A stretch of DNA of 64,000 nucleotides from Escherichia phage vB_EcoM_CRJP21, in the sequence record OQ708376.1; one strand, given 5' to 3'. Positions 11,301-21,957 of the stretch are shown piece after piece. Within the stretch, counting starts at the first letter, position 1. The number at the start of each line of letters is the position of its first letter. The notes below the pieces were generated by a model that saw nothing but the letters and a program-made list of their open reading frames with translations, was not told the origin of the DNA and ran no database searches. The position numbers and the translations under genes are program-made.

Positions 11301-14300
11301 GAACACTATAATCTGCGTAAAGCATATCATTGAGTTCAACTGTACTGTTTTCACGACCAATCGCTTTCCAATAAATTGAATCGCGTGATTGTGATTTAAT
11401 ATACAATGTCCAAATGTTTTCACTATCGGTAACTCTGATAATATCGCCAACTTGGTAGTTTTTAGTATTAGCATCTTCTAAGCTTGACTCTTGAGTATAA
11501 GTCGTGTTACTATCATATCCAACATCATACCAATCAGCATATGACCAGTACTGAGTCATGTCTAATGAGGTTCCTAGTGATTCAACATAATCAGATTGTT
11601 TAATCATTTTATGTTGTCCCTCACCTTTGTTTTCTAACGTTATAGTAACAACACTACCCGCGTTTGCTGGACTATTCATTAACTGAATATATCCATTTTC
11701 GTCGAAGTGAATAAAATAAACAGCACTAGAAGTTAATGGATTTGGTAGATATCCACTAGTACTTAAAATAACAGCGTCATTTTCTTTAAATTTATCACTT
11801 TCAACTGCAATAACTAATTCATTATTGTAAGACAACACACGGAAAGAAACTTCATTAGGGTTAACTTCAGTGGTTTTAACATTAAACACATCTTCCATAA
11901 CAACACTATTAGTGGTTATGTTTTGTGACCTATAATAATTATTAGCACTTTCTACAAAGTTTCTACGAGCTTCTATAACATTTTGGAACCAAGTTTTGTT
12001 TGATCCTAAACCGTTATCAACATCTGGATATAATAAATTAATCACAGAACCTGATTCAGTTGTTTCTTGACCAATTAGTGAGTTCCACATTGAATCCCAA
12101 ATTAGTGGGTTAAAGTTATAGCTGTCACCTTCTTTACATAGTTGATACTGGTCATGTTTAACAACTTCAGTACTATCCATGTAATAAGAAACAGTTAAAA
12201 TACTGGTATCATCATTCACTTTAAATTGCATATTACTAAGAATAAACGAGTTTTCATTTATTGGAGCGAACCAAGGAATGTTTAGCTGTGTTGGATCTTT
12301 AATAATACGAGCAATGTCAGTACATGATTTCGTTCTGGTATGTAGTGGTGGTACATAAATTGTATCACGTACCCAGAAATAGTATTTTGTTACATAACTA
12401 TCAGTTGAACTATCATATTCCAAAAATGTACTATAATTATCTTCAAGTGCAGTTCCACTTGGTAGATACATAGTATTATTTTTGTTTTTCTTAGCAACAT
12501 CTTTACAGTATTTGTCCCAGTTATATGGCTCAACTGGTGAACAAACCCACTCTAACACATCAATGGTACTATGTGGTAACAAACGGCCCCAGTTGTAACG
12601 TTTGTATTCATTGGTTGCATCAATATCAACATTACCGTCTGCGTCATAAATTGCACGAGTATAATCCAAATAAAATGCAGTGCTAGTGTTCCACCATACT
12701 TGACCAACTTTATCAGCACCCCAAGCCTGGATTAACTCTCCATTACTATTATACTGTGCAGGATCAACTGGTGAAGTATATGTTACGTTTTGCATAGCCG
12801 CACCTGGAATAACACCATTAATTGGGTCATAAACGTTTAGATATAGCTCAGTAATGTTAGTACGTTCATCATATGTCGTTGGACGATCAAATAAAGTACT
12901 TTGTGGTGCTTTAAAACTATATTTCTTGTCAATGTAAGCTTGACGATCATCAGTACTGGCAAAACGTGATACATAACGATACAAACGTGGACGTGTATCT
13001 GGATCAGTAAATTCAATATCAATAGAAGTGTCAAATGGAACTACCATAACTTTAGGATCAGAACCAGCAGTATAATATTGACTTTCTACTGTTAAAGTAT
13101 CTGGCATAAAGTTAGTTTCATCAACAAAATAATAATAATCACCATCTTCAAGTGGTACATTATCAGTTAAAGTTACTTTACAAAATTGTTCAGCATACAC
13201 ATCGGTATTTTCAATAGGTGTTATAGAAACCATTTGTACATTAGTATCAACCAATTCAAAAATGTTCCACAAACCATTACCGTCTTTAAACATCCACACA
13301 GATTCAGGATTTTCACCTTTACCATTAGTATAAGTTATGCGGTCATTATATGCAGTACTGAAATCTTTTGTTGTGTACGATACTTCATCCAATGTTACTG
13401 GACCAATATCTGGAAGTTGGATGTTTTCACTTCTTCCACTACGCATTGGGAATGAGAACTTACCATTTGGACGTGTAATCCAACGAGGATCTTTACCTTG
13501 CTCACCGAAGTATACAATATGATTACCATTACCATTTGAAGTTGCATTTACATCAAAAGAAACCATTTGAGGTTGTTGTTTAAATTGGTCATTGATTAGT
13601 TTAAATTGAAGGTTTTTCTTACCATCAATATTACCATATGTACCAATTTTAAATGCCCATTCTTGTAATGCTTTATATTCATCAGTGTCATATGATTTAG
13701 AAACACGAAGTACACGTTCTAAAACTTGGTTAGTACCTTTATCGTGAATGAATCCTTTATAGAAATCAACACGACTAACATCACTACTAATCATACGCTG
13801 TAGATAATCACGAGATTGATAACCAATCAAATGGTTTGACAACTCTTGTAATTGTACATCACTTACTGGAGTTTCACTATCATAATAATGTTGGAAATCC
13901 GACACTAATTTTTCAAATGATGGTAGTGTTCCAGCTTCCAAGATAATAAATCCAGGAGCTTGTAGGCGACCAGTCCATGAACCAGTAATATATCCATACA
14001 TTTTAATTAGTTCTTGAATAGAACCATATGTTGGCTGATAAATGTAATCACCAAAAATAGTTTTATCATCAAAAATAACAGCATGTTCATATGAACACAA
14101 ACTTAAACGAATCAATGCAATGCGTTTATTAGATTCTAAAGTTCTAACAGTGAAGATATTTCCAATACGAGAAGTTTCAATTTCATATTGGCGAATACCT
14201 TGGTTATTATCATCAAGTAATGACCATACACCACCATTATTTTGCGTAATAGATTGTACTGAACCAAAGTCTGCCCCAAATTTAGCGTTTGCAGCACTTG

Positions 14301-17300
14301 GGGTACAAGAAATAAATTCACCAGTTACTAGAGAATTCTGACTCCAGATCACGAAATCTTTAGCAATAGTGTTCCAATCTTGTTGAGCACCACTATCATT
14401 TACATCTTCAAAAATCCAACCATGTTCTTTAAGATATTCACCATATCCACAAATAAAAGTATAAACTTCTTGGTAACTATTGAAAACTTTACCATATTCA
14501 ATTGAAGCTTCAGACTTCCATTCATTATAATGAACAACATTACGGTTTTCCAATTTAAGAGTTACTTTTCTACCATTTTTTACTGGAAGTTTATATTTAA
14601 ATTTAGCACCAACTAGATCATATCCATCAATCTGATATGCACTACCATTCCAAGTAATTTTGATCGCACTCATTTGCTCATCACGGATATTATTAGAACG
14701 AACAAGACCAATGGTTTGGTTTTCTTGTGAAATAAGACCGAAAGATTTAGCATTGAATGTTAGCTGATCTGCTTTAGTAAATCCTCCAATTTTATGACCA
14801 ACATTTATATAAGAAGAACGAACTACATCCCCATACTTGGTGGTAATATTTTTATTTTGATACATCAAATGGTCACTTACAAACATTTGATAACCAATTG
14901 TTCTTGTGCTATTTTCACCATGAACTACTGTATTTTTATCAAAATTAATACGCTTACGTGTATCACCATAAAGGAATTGTGAACCATCAGTGAATACTTC
15001 TTTTAAGTTATCGTTGCGGGTATCCCAGAAATAGTTAGCAAATTGTGCTGGTTTAGCTTTATACAAAAGCATCATTTGGTCATATGCAAACAATGTAGTG
15101 TTCATGTATGTAAATTCCATGTCACCCATATCACCATATGTCCAAGGTTCTGCTCTATGATTTAAAGATCCAGACACTAAACCTAAAATTTCAGGTGCAA
15201 TATATTCAACCACACAAATATCAATACCAGAAGATGTTTTATTTCCAGTTTTTGTAATTTTGAATGGCTGTACACCAAATCTTTTATATTTGTCATATTG
15301 ACCACGACGATCACCAAATAAAATAGTTCCAGTACTGCTATCTCCAATAGTTCCGTCAATATCCCAAAGACCACTAGGAACTAAATCACCTTGCTCATTC
15401 ATAACAAGTGCTTCATATACATATACAACATCACTATCACGTTCACCAACTTGAACAGCCGTTGGTTCGTATTCTTGGTTCCACCAAGTTGGACGTTGTG
15501 TAAAGCCAAACATTTCCCACGGATGGGTAGCTGGGCGATATGTACCATATTGGTCAGTGTAAATGGCACGCCATGAACCACGTGCAGGAATTTCAGTACT
15601 TTGACCATTAACTACATAATAAGTGCCAGTATAGTTCCAAGTTCTCCAATTGTTAGGATCATAATCATGTGTACTATTACTGATACCATTAGTTGCGGTG
15701 AAGTTAATGTATCCACGTAGTAATAATGTTTGTTTCTCTTCAGCACTATATTCAGTTTTAGTGAAATATGGTGTAGGGAAAAGGTCATCACTATTCAATA
15801 CTGGTACGTAATCAACATCTTTGAATTTATTATCAATACTATTAAAAATTCTATTTTCTAATTCATATACAACATCATCCATTTTATCAACACCATTGAT
15901 AACACGGTATGCTTTGGAAATAATACCAGTATGACTGATGTTATAACAGCTTGGTTTACTACCAGCAGTGAGGAATGTCGCTTTTTCTGGTACATATGCT
16001 TGAAGAATACCTAAGAACTGTGGTGTTGGTGGTATAAATGCACGAATGAATCCAGAAGTACTTCCAACATTATCATAATAGAATGGGAATGAACTATCAC
16101 GTCCCATATTAATAGTAGTTAAAATTGCATCAACAATGTTTGCAGCACTATTTTGTAAAAAGTCTGATGGATTTTCATCATACATACGAAGCATTTGTGT
16201 ATTAAATTTATTAATGAATCTAAAATATTCAGATTGCATAAACATAGTTGCTTCAAACAAATCAATATCTTCATTTGCAGTATGTGCCATCAATGGAAGC
16301 ATAGATGCTTCATTTTGGATAATTTTAGTACCTACGCCATTATTAACCAATCCTTTAGCCAAACGTTCTTCATAGTCATTGAAATCATCAGAAGAACCAC
16401 GTGTAATGTTCTTTTGAATAATATCCTGAAAATGTAAAGTGTAGTCACCTTGGTTAATGTATATAATATTAGAATTATATGGGTTATTTTGTAGGTTGAT
16501 TGGAACTTCATATGCACCTAATTCTTTATTAGGAGTTACAGTACTGCTATAAGTTCTAATTTGAATAACAGAATCTTCATCCAATTCTACAGTACTATCT
16601 AGAGTGATGCTTTGTACTTGACCTTTTGAAACATTTTTGGTATATTTGGACACATCAACACCATCAACCACAACTTCAATAATATCAGAATCATTATCTA
16701 AAACTTTTTGTGCCAATTCGAATGTATGGTCATATTTTACAATCTGAACACCATCACCAGTAATTGGATGCCAATCTAGATAAGTTTCACGGTCAGCTTT
16801 ATAGTACTGATATGTTCTATCAACTTCAATAACATATGCATACATACCATCAACTGGTTCTTTAAAAACTTCCATATCATAAACAGTACTGAATACACGA
16901 TACATATCAGTACGTTGGACTTGTGGAGTTTGTTTTACAAATTGTTTAGAGTACTCTTCTGAACGAACCCAATCGGTTTGAAGATTCATTTCATTATTTT
17001 CATCAATAATGTTATAATAGTATAAACCATCAATTTCAACTTCTTTTCCAAGATGGTCATAGGTATAACGTTGGGATTGTAAAAAGTTTTCATAAATGTA
17101 ATAATTATAATCACCAAGTTCAATGTTATATCCATATACACTATCAGTTGCATAGTTGTAATTTATTTTAAAACCAAACAACTCTGAACCTTTAAAGTTA
17201 CTTGATGGATATGTAGTACTGTTGTCAAGTTTGATACCATTACGATCATAAAGTTGGAATTTAGGGAATACGTTAACACTAGTTTTTGATTGTGCACGAA

Positions 17301-18345
17301 CCCACAAAGATCCATTCCAGTACATAGAACTATTACCATACTCATTACCTTTAGTGATTAGAACAACATCACCATCTTGAGGTTCACCACTTGGGCGTGA
17401 TTCGGTTTCTTCTTCTGGATCTAGTGCTAAACCATAAACACGAGTACCATCTTGCATTTTTTTCACATATACATTATAAATTCTATTGTTTTCACCATTG
17501 TTACCAATACTGGTGAATAGAATACGCATTCCATCTTGCGGAATAATACCATCAATACGTATACCACTATTAATATCTTTTTGAACGATATCTTCAGGTT
17601 TAATAATATCAGAGAACAGATCAACAGTTCCACGGAATTTTGTACCGTAGTTAATTAGCTCAATATTTTTATTATATTCAATAATTGGTGCACGTGCACG
17701 AATAAAACGTGAATCTTGCATTAATTCTTCAGTTAATATTGAGCCATCTTCTAATGTTTCACCTAAAGTATACCAAAAGTTTTGTAGTGACCATGTATTA
17801 CCATTAAGTGCTCCACGTTCCATTACAATGTAATCAGGTGAAGTAATATTATAAGAGTTTTTAGTATCCCAAAGATATGAGCTAAAATTGTTCATTTTAT
17901 TTGGGTTAATAGCTGGAGTCCATGCATAAAACTTACCGTTGAACAAACGGCTTTCATTATCGGTTAGTGCTCCATAATGATTCATGTATCCAACTAGATC
18001 ATCATAAAATTGAATTGAACGAATTGTCGAATCATCATTTTTTGAGACGTAAGCAGTGGACAACTGATAAAGTTGACGTGCTACAGTACTTTCATGTAAG
18101 AAGATATTACCAGCAGCGGCAGGAGAACCCATATCACCAATATAGCCGTCAACTAATTCGTTTTCAGCCGGATTAAACCATTGTTGAATAACATCATCAC
18201 TGACTTTTTGAATATCTTCTAAGCCTTGCATCCACTCAGGCAATCTTTTAATAAAAAGCTTCTTCTGTACTGCTTCAGCCATCTGTGTAGGTTGAAACTT
18301 AAAATTATTAGTCATTTTTGGACTCCATATAATTCGTTCATTCAT
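8344..18345 (-). CDS. Giant virion structural protein (3333 aa), probably baseplate or tail-fibre associated
   Basis: Single uninterrupted 10-kb ORF immediately downstream of the gp6-like gene (the position of gp7 and later wedge/fibre genes in T4); Asn/Tyr/Gly/Thr-rich fibre-like composition. Confidence 0.65.
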   Translation of the reverse strand: MNERIIWSPKMTNNFKFQPTQMAEAVQKKLFIKRLPEWMQGLEDIQKVSDDVIQQWFNPAENELVDGYIGDMGSPAAAGNIFLHESTVARQLYQLSTAYVSKNDDSTIRSIQFYDDLVGYMNHYGALTDNESRLFNGKFYAWTPAINPNKMNNFSSYLWDTKNSYNITSPDYIVMERGALNGNTWSLQNFWYTLGETLEDGSILTEELMQDSRFIRARAPIIEYNKNIELINYGTKFRGTVDLFSDIIKPEDIVQKDINSGIRIDGIIPQDGMRILFTSIGNNGENNRIYNVYVKKMQDGTRVYGLALDPEEETESRPSGEPQDGDVVLITKGNEYGNSSMYWNGSLWVRAQSKTSVNVFPKFQLYDRNGIKLDNSTTYPSSNFKGSELFGFKINYNYATDSVYGYNIELGDYNYYIYENFLQSQRYTYDHLGKEVEIDGLYYYNIIDENNEMNLQTDWVRSEEYSKQFVKQTPQVQRTDMYRVFSTVYDMEVFKEPVDGMYAYVIEVDRTYQYYKADRETYLDWHPITGDGVQIVKYDHTFELAQKVLDNDSDIIEVVVDGVDVSKYTKNVSKGQVQSITLDSTVELDEDSVIQIRTYSSTVTPNKELGAYEVPINLQNNPYNSNIIYINQGDYTLHFQDIIQKNITRGSSDDFNDYEERLAKGLVNNGVGTKIIQNEASMLPLMAHTANEDIDLFEATMFMQSEYFRFINKFNTQMLRMYDENPSDFLQNSAANIVDAILTTINMGRDSSFPFYYDNVGSTSGFIRAFIPPTPQFLGILQAYVPEKATFLTAGSKPSCYNISHTGIISKAYRVINGVDKMDDVVYELENRIFNSIDNKFKDVDYVPVLNSDDLFPTPYFTKTEYSAEEKQTLLLRGYINFTATNGISNSTHDYDPNNWRTWNYTGTYYVVNGQSTEIPARGSWRAIYTDQYGTYRPATHPWEMFGFTQRPTWWNQEYEPTAVQVGERDSDVVYVYEALVMNEQGDLVPSGLWDIDGTIGDSSTGTILFGDRRGQYDKYKRFGVQPFKITKTGNKTSSGIDICVVEYIAPEILGLVSGSLNHRAEPWTYGDMGDMEFTYMNTTLFAYDQMMLLYKAKPAQFANYFWDTRNDNLKEVFTDGSQFLYGDTRKRINFDKNTVVHGENSTRTIGYQMFVSDHLMYQNKNITTKYGDVVRSSYINVGHKIGGFTKADQLTFNAKSFGLISQENQTIGLVRSNNIRDEQMSAIKITWNGSAYQIDGYDLVGAKFKYKLPVKNGRKVTLKLENRNVVHYNEWKSEASIEYGKVFNSYQEVYTFICGYGEYLKEHGWIFEDVNDSGAQQDWNTIAKDFVIWSQNSLVTGEFISCTPSAANAKFGADFGSVQSITQNNGGVWSLLDDNNQGIRQYEIETSRIGNIFTVRTLESNKRIALIRLSLCSYEHAVIFDDKTIFGDYIYQPTYGSIQELIKMYGYITGSWTGRLQAPGFIILEAGTLPSFEKLVSDFQHYYDSETPVSDVQLQELSNHLIGYQSRDYLQRMISSDVSRVDFYKGFIHDKGTNQVLERVLRVSKSYDTDEYKALQEWAFKIGTYGNIDGKKNLQFKLINDQFKQQPQMVSFDVNATSNGNGNHIVYFGEQGKDPRWITRPNGKFSFPMRSGRSENIQLPDIGPVTLDEVSYTTKDFSTAYNDRITYTNGKGENPESVWMFKDGNGLWNIFELVDTNVQMVSITPIENTDVYAEQFCKVTLTDNVPLEDGDYYYFVDETNFMPDTLTVESQYYTAGSDPKVMVVPFDTSIDIEFTDPDTRPRLYRYVSRFASTDDRQAYIDKKYSFKAPQSTLFDRPTTYDERTNITELYLNVYDPINGVIPGAAMQNVTYTSPVDPAQYNSNGELIQAWGADKVGQVWWNTSTAFYLDYTRAIYDADGNVDIDATNEYKRYNWGRLLPHSTIDVLEWVCSPVEPYNWDKYCKDVAKKNKNNTMYLPSGTALEDNYSTFLEYDSSTDSYVTKYYFWVRDTIYVPPLHTRTKSCTDIARIIKDPTQLNIPWFAPINENSFILSNMQFKVNDDTSILTVSYYMDSTEVVKHDQYQLCKEGDSYNFNPLIWDSMWNSLIGQETTESGSVINLLYPDVDNGLGSNKTWFQNVIEARRNFVESANNYYRSQNITTNSVVMEDVFNVKTTEVNPNEVSFRVLSYNNELVIAVESDKFKENDAVILSTSGYLPNPLTSSAVYFIHFDENGYIQLMNSPANAGSVVTITLENKGEGQHKMIKQSDYVESLGTSLDMTQYWSYADWYDVGYDSNTTYTQESSLEDANTKNYQVGDIIRVTDSENIWTLYIKSQSRDSIYWKAIGRENSTVELNDMLYADYSVHNDNGSLSNREINVRKALALLKNSFDLHQSEIVFDMVKYVHVEQSVVDWVFKTSYIYIVGLEQSLVQNYSNDNLINQIVEYFEEVKPYRTKIRSQIEQKTSDDDLIKGLCNDLDPNGYIFVDGSWIKTEKDIWDYEYAQFNEITQKWEQVGSLPSDFVTPNRRFQEIDIIMHYDNIQCKPNEDLASINELVSVNNKYQSNEKDAVSNYELQRYIYSFPEYSEETFDLLIAYQMQIYYPELDVTLGTAYGVNQWYKDHAEDLEATDEFTATLERVYKESTHNDMFTDLRQYVQYNTLANRLKLYKDISDEKIHDEVGCGFSGLTYNDNPSTRLPLGFSSSNDYNYGYFEISSELYQKYISLIKDKNPDASDYEVKVKLEVEYGVYVYRYDEVGGDTRFYTDAIHVLAGMRGLFDKDATDKYEKAEEILSKTPIDIYAITMIPRKYVYLNVNGVYQSIPDEQSIDDFMEDYFITNGEMVELAEINLDDLPLDQNNPMYSDYQYILDSITEAKYFNDMNAFDNLALESQTSSIKWEVKDDEVDPYIVDISDINPSGRDVGQIRFTVDGYGFDNVSLVQLRDNSRYQTEGMAIINPYKHTEAIVSIPSYAKIENDINKTTSKFDEKYFYRVRSINSLTEAEIVDNDLSDGDKVMIFTPDGEDFVRYQNHTWETILRVSNIKNNTTPILFTVRNTGKETIELIDESTGAVLRYDNITLAQQNEPVQPLALNIVRVRTFADPEFVKNGIKLYEQNRNYTIDVINYDVFYDTTLNGGKYNDGITPDDVDVWIISNEIFDVDGITIDNGYNLPITGAGVLSELARTKMTDSLEINVIEYDSSVIQPFRNNEGIWVYGFPMVDGMYIGVVGGTVTNITTISEENTTYVSQPKSISPYSIRNNVLSGSAANMNDIISIGYEKVEVRNANNLLRGVMYSAEHDFKLNTTYSFNGINLGNYDMLKRYTQNSYTIDLSVYTDSLQVSGNDIKNILLVK

Positions 18346-18361
18346 TTGATTTATTTATGAT

Positions 18362-18388
18362 ATAAAAAAGGCGTTCCGAAGAACGCCC
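18362..18388 (-). terminator. Rho-independent terminator (minus strand)
   Basis: Stem GGCGTTC / GAACGCC with CGAA loop (UUCG on the minus-strand RNA) and a minus-strand T-run; between the gp6-like and giant genes. Confidence 0.6.
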
Positions 18389-18394
18389 GTTATA

Positions 18395-21300
18395 TTAAGA
18401 ACCGATATTAATATTACTTTTAGCTAGTGAGTTAACAATTTGAACATTTTCAACAGATGCAGTACTCAAAAATATTTGGTCTGAACGTGAAGGGATTTCA
18501 AATAGAGAGCCAAATTTTGAATTTGGATTTTGTGCAACTATAACAATGGTACTAATATGTCTACCTAACTGTGAGTGTATGTAAGTACACAAATCAGTAT
18601 AATAGAAACTTTCACCGAAATCCCAGTTGTCAACATTGAAGTATTCATTAGTTAATGCTATAACATTTTGACGAATTTCATCGTCACTCATTGTGCTGTT
18701 TGGTAATTTCACTACTTTAAAATCAGCTTTGTAATCTTCAGCAGCACTGTTGCCAAATAAAGGTAAGTACTCAGCACTATGCCAAATAATACTATCACTA
18801 ATGACTATTTTTTGTTCAACATCTTTGAACATATCTTTCAATTCAACCGATGTAGGTGGTTTAGGAATACTACCAACAGCATTATTTTTCAACCAAACGT
18901 CAACTTCAGTTTTATATGAATTGGTTAATACATACATATCAATTAAGTTTGTTCTACTAGGATCAATGCGATTGTCGTCAGGTGCATAGTGTTTCCAATG
19001 GAAGTCTATACTAGTACGTGCATTAGTTTTAACAGTGTACTGTGAAGTAACATCTTTGTATCCATAATAATCTAGCTTCTGATTCTCGTCAGCATTAGTT
19101 CCCATGTTATTAATTGCACGATAAAAAGCCAATTCAGGACTAACAGTGCCAGTATCATCGGAATAAGTTAAATTACTAATTAGCTGTCCTAAACGATCAT
19201 TGTTATTACCAACTGTTTGTTCAATAAAATAATATTTACCATCATAGTTAAAACCAACTAAAAATCCAGAACCTTTACTATATAATCCACTCAATGTGGT
19301 TGAACGAATTGCGTTATTTCTAACAAATTCAGTTCTTTTATATGCATTCGGCTCTGCCAAGGCTTGTTCCATTGTATAAGACCACGATGAATCAAGAAGT
19401 GTGAAGGTATCATTTGGTAACGACAGTACTGATATAGTGAAATCACTATTTTCCTGAAATACCAAAATACCACCATATTTTAATGCATCGGTTCCAGTCC
19501 AAGTAGGAACAATTTCTTTAAATTGGTTTGGTTCCAATGGTATACCATTACTATCTACTTTCCTAGATGTAACAATAACACGAGAACCATCTAGATAGCC
19601 ATTCTCTTGTTGAATTGTGTCATAAATTTGAAAATCTATATTACTTGTCAATCCTGAATTACTACTACTAGTAGTGTTAGATGATAAAATTTCAATCTTA
19701 TCACTTTGAACTGTACCAGTACTAATATCAGTAATTTTTTTAGATGATACAAAGTAAAATCTTACTTTTTCTCCACCCACAAAAATATATTCAATACCGT
19801 TAGCATCAAATTCCCAAGTTTCTGCTGTATATTTTACATTAATTATAATTAAAACTTCATTACCATTATATACAATAGTATCATCATTGGTACTTACTTC
19901 AATAGGAACCCATGATGTCGTTTCTTTGTCATGTACAATAACAAAATCAGTTTTTTTATCTAGCATAGCAGAAATTGCTTGAACTTCAACCGAGTTAAAT
20001 CTAGTTCTATATGGTAAAATGTACTCTATGGCTTGCATTCCACTTGGAACCGATGTACTCAGTACATAAAATCCATTATCCAATACACTAACTACACTAG
20101 CCCATATAGTAGTTCCAGAATTAGAAAATTTAATTAGAGTACCAACCTGATATGAACCATAAACTGTACCAGATGAACCCAAAATTCTACCATATGTGTT
20201 AGTTGTATAATTTGAATTGTATACCGGAGTCCATGCTTGTTGTATTTCAATACCAATTGTATTTGATGGAAACGCTTGGTAACGTTGTATTACCGCATTT
20301 TCACCAATCAATGGTTGAATATTGTCAATAACAATACTAGCATTTGTTTTTGTAGTTGGTAGCAATAATGATCTATTAAATTGTGTGTTTTCTTGATATA
20401 ATGCACCATCATCACTAAAAACATCGGTATTTTGATACTTACCAGTAGGATCATTAATATCAATAAATCTTGATTGTCCACTATAAATTCTATTAATAGC
20501 TTTAGATTTAAGTACAGTATTGCCTAAACTAAGTGGTGCAATATTATAATCTTCACCATTGACAAAACGGTTTTGTGTATAGTACATTTGTGGTGCACGT
20601 GCTTTAATCTGCTCAATAGTCTCTGCACTTTGTGCACGGTCGGACTCATATTGTAATGAAAAACGTATATCCAATGTACTAGATTCATAACTTGACTGTG
20701 TTTTTGTACGATATGTATATTTTACGCTTTTGTTTTGAATTTCAGAAGTTTTAATGTTATATGTTTTACCATTACTAACACGATACCATACGCGGAACGT
20801 CCCACGGGGAACAACACCACTTCTTGAGTCTGGATACTTAATTGTTATTTGATCTTTATCACGAGTAGTAACAGCAAAAATTGTTTTTAATTGACGATTA
20901 ACAGTGTTATATGCAATACTTTCCATTGATGGAACTTTTGTCCATTTGGTACGAACAATACCATCTTCATTTATTTCTTGAACCCATACATCAGTTTCGT
21001 TGATATTATCAACGTTAATATCTTGTATACGGTTCTCTTCACGGATAGCATATTGATAATCTTGATATGTCAATGTACCTTGTACGAAATATACAAAAAA
21101 ACCAGTATTTGGTGAACTAAATCCATTACCATCATTTTGATAAACAATATATTTTTGCTCTTGTGGTTCTGGATGTCGTTCTTCAACACCAACAGACGTA
21201 ATATCAGGATTCACTACTTCAAATGTCATAGATTCACCATTGACAGTTGCAATAAATGGAATACTGGGTGCTGTCATTGGGATGGTGTTCATTCGATATA

Positions 21301-21856
21301 GTTGACGAGAGACACCATTAACATCAATACGCTTGACTGGATTACCAAATTGGTTAGTACTGACAAATGAACTGTTCATTACTAGAATGAAGTTTTCATA
21401 CCAGTTAGCATCCATCGGGTCATTCCAACGAATGATTTTATCTTTTAATGATTCATTAAAACTATTACGAACATCTTGGTTTGTTTTAATTTCGGTTAAT
21501 TTAGCAACTGCACGACCTGGATATGAGCGGCGTGGTGAGTAAGAAATCATTTTAGCTAGTTTTAGTACTGATGCACGACGAGTTGCAGTATCTAAAAAGT
21601 TTTCACGTGTGTTCAAATCCATACGAAATGCCAAGTTCTGCCCTAGCATAGAAATCGTATCTAAAATAAAAATAAACTGGTCGTTTTCGATCCAGTCGTT
21701 GAATGAGTCTGGGTAAGTTGCACGTAGATAATCAATCATACTCTGACGGATAGTATCGAAGTCATAAGCTGTAAGATTGATTTTATAAAAACTTTCATAT
21801 ACTTGAGTCCAATCCTCACCAGCGTATAAATTTGATTGCCTTTTTTGTTGTGACAT
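18395..21856 (-). CDS. Baseplate wedge protein, gp6 / baseplate-J-like (1153 aa)
   Basis: N-terminal region aligns by eye with T4 gp6 (YDF..., L.D.L.A.N block); lies directly downstream of the gp25-like gene, the conserved W-J order. Confidence 0.5.
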   Translation of the reverse strand: MSQQKRQSNLYAGEDWTQVYESFYKINLTAYDFDTIRQSMIDYLRATYPDSFNDWIENDQFIFILDTISMLGQNLAFRMDLNTRENFLDTATRRASVLKLAKMISYSPRRSYPGRAVAKLTEIKTNQDVRNSFNESLKDKIIRWNDPMDANWYENFILVMNSSFVSTNQFGNPVKRIDVNGVSRQLYRMNTIPMTAPSIPFIATVNGESMTFEVVNPDITSVGVEERHPEPQEQKYIVYQNDGNGFSSPNTGFFVYFVQGTLTYQDYQYAIREENRIQDINVDNINETDVWVQEINEDGIVRTKWTKVPSMESIAYNTVNRQLKTIFAVTTRDKDQITIKYPDSRSGVVPRGTFRVWYRVSNGKTYNIKTSEIQNKSVKYTYRTKTQSSYESSTLDIRFSLQYESDRAQSAETIEQIKARAPQMYYTQNRFVNGEDYNIAPLSLGNTVLKSKAINRIYSGQSRFIDINDPTGKYQNTDVFSDDGALYQENTQFNRSLLLPTTKTNASIVIDNIQPLIGENAVIQRYQAFPSNTIGIEIQQAWTPVYNSNYTTNTYGRILGSSGTVYGSYQVGTLIKFSNSGTTIWASVVSVLDNGFYVLSTSVPSGMQAIEYILPYRTRFNSVEVQAISAMLDKKTDFVIVHDKETTSWVPIEVSTNDDTIVYNGNEVLIIINVKYTAETWEFDANGIEYIFVGGEKVRFYFVSSKKITDISTGTVQSDKIEILSSNTTSSSNSGLTSNIDFQIYDTIQQENGYLDGSRVIVTSRKVDSNGIPLEPNQFKEIVPTWTGTDALKYGGILVFQENSDFTISVLSLPNDTFTLLDSSWSYTMEQALAEPNAYKRTEFVRNNAIRSTTLSGLYSKGSGFLVGFNYDGKYYFIEQTVGNNNDRLGQLISNLTYSDDTGTVSPELAFYRAINNMGTNADENQKLDYYGYKDVTSQYTVKTNARTSIDFHWKHYAPDDNRIDPSRTNLIDMYVLTNSYKTEVDVWLKNNAVGSIPKPPTSVELKDMFKDVEQKIVISDSIIWHSAEYLPLFGNSAAEDYKADFKVVKLPNSTMSDDEIRQNVIALTNEYFNVDNWDFGESFYYTDLCTYIHSQLGRHISTIVIVAQNPNSKFGSLFEIPSRSDQIFLSTASVENVQIVNSLAKSNINIGS

Positions 21857-21923
21857 AATTTATTCCTTTAAATCAGTAAAGTACTAGTTCAGTACTGGGA
21901 ATTATATATAGAAATATTTATTC

Positions 21924-21953
21924 AAAAAGAAAAGCACTCCGAAGAGTGCTTTT
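21924..21953 (-). terminator. Rho-independent terminator (minus strand)
   Basis: Stem AAAGCACTC / GAGTGCTTT with CGAA loop, A-run on plus strand (T-run on minus). Confidence 0.6.
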
Positions 21954-21957
21954 GTAA

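Noticed and set aside
11280-17345. Numerous 60-90 codon ORFs on both strands within the 3333-aa gene
   Set aside because: All lie inside one continuous long ORF, are AT-rich and hydrophobic/low-complexity, and lack start contexts.
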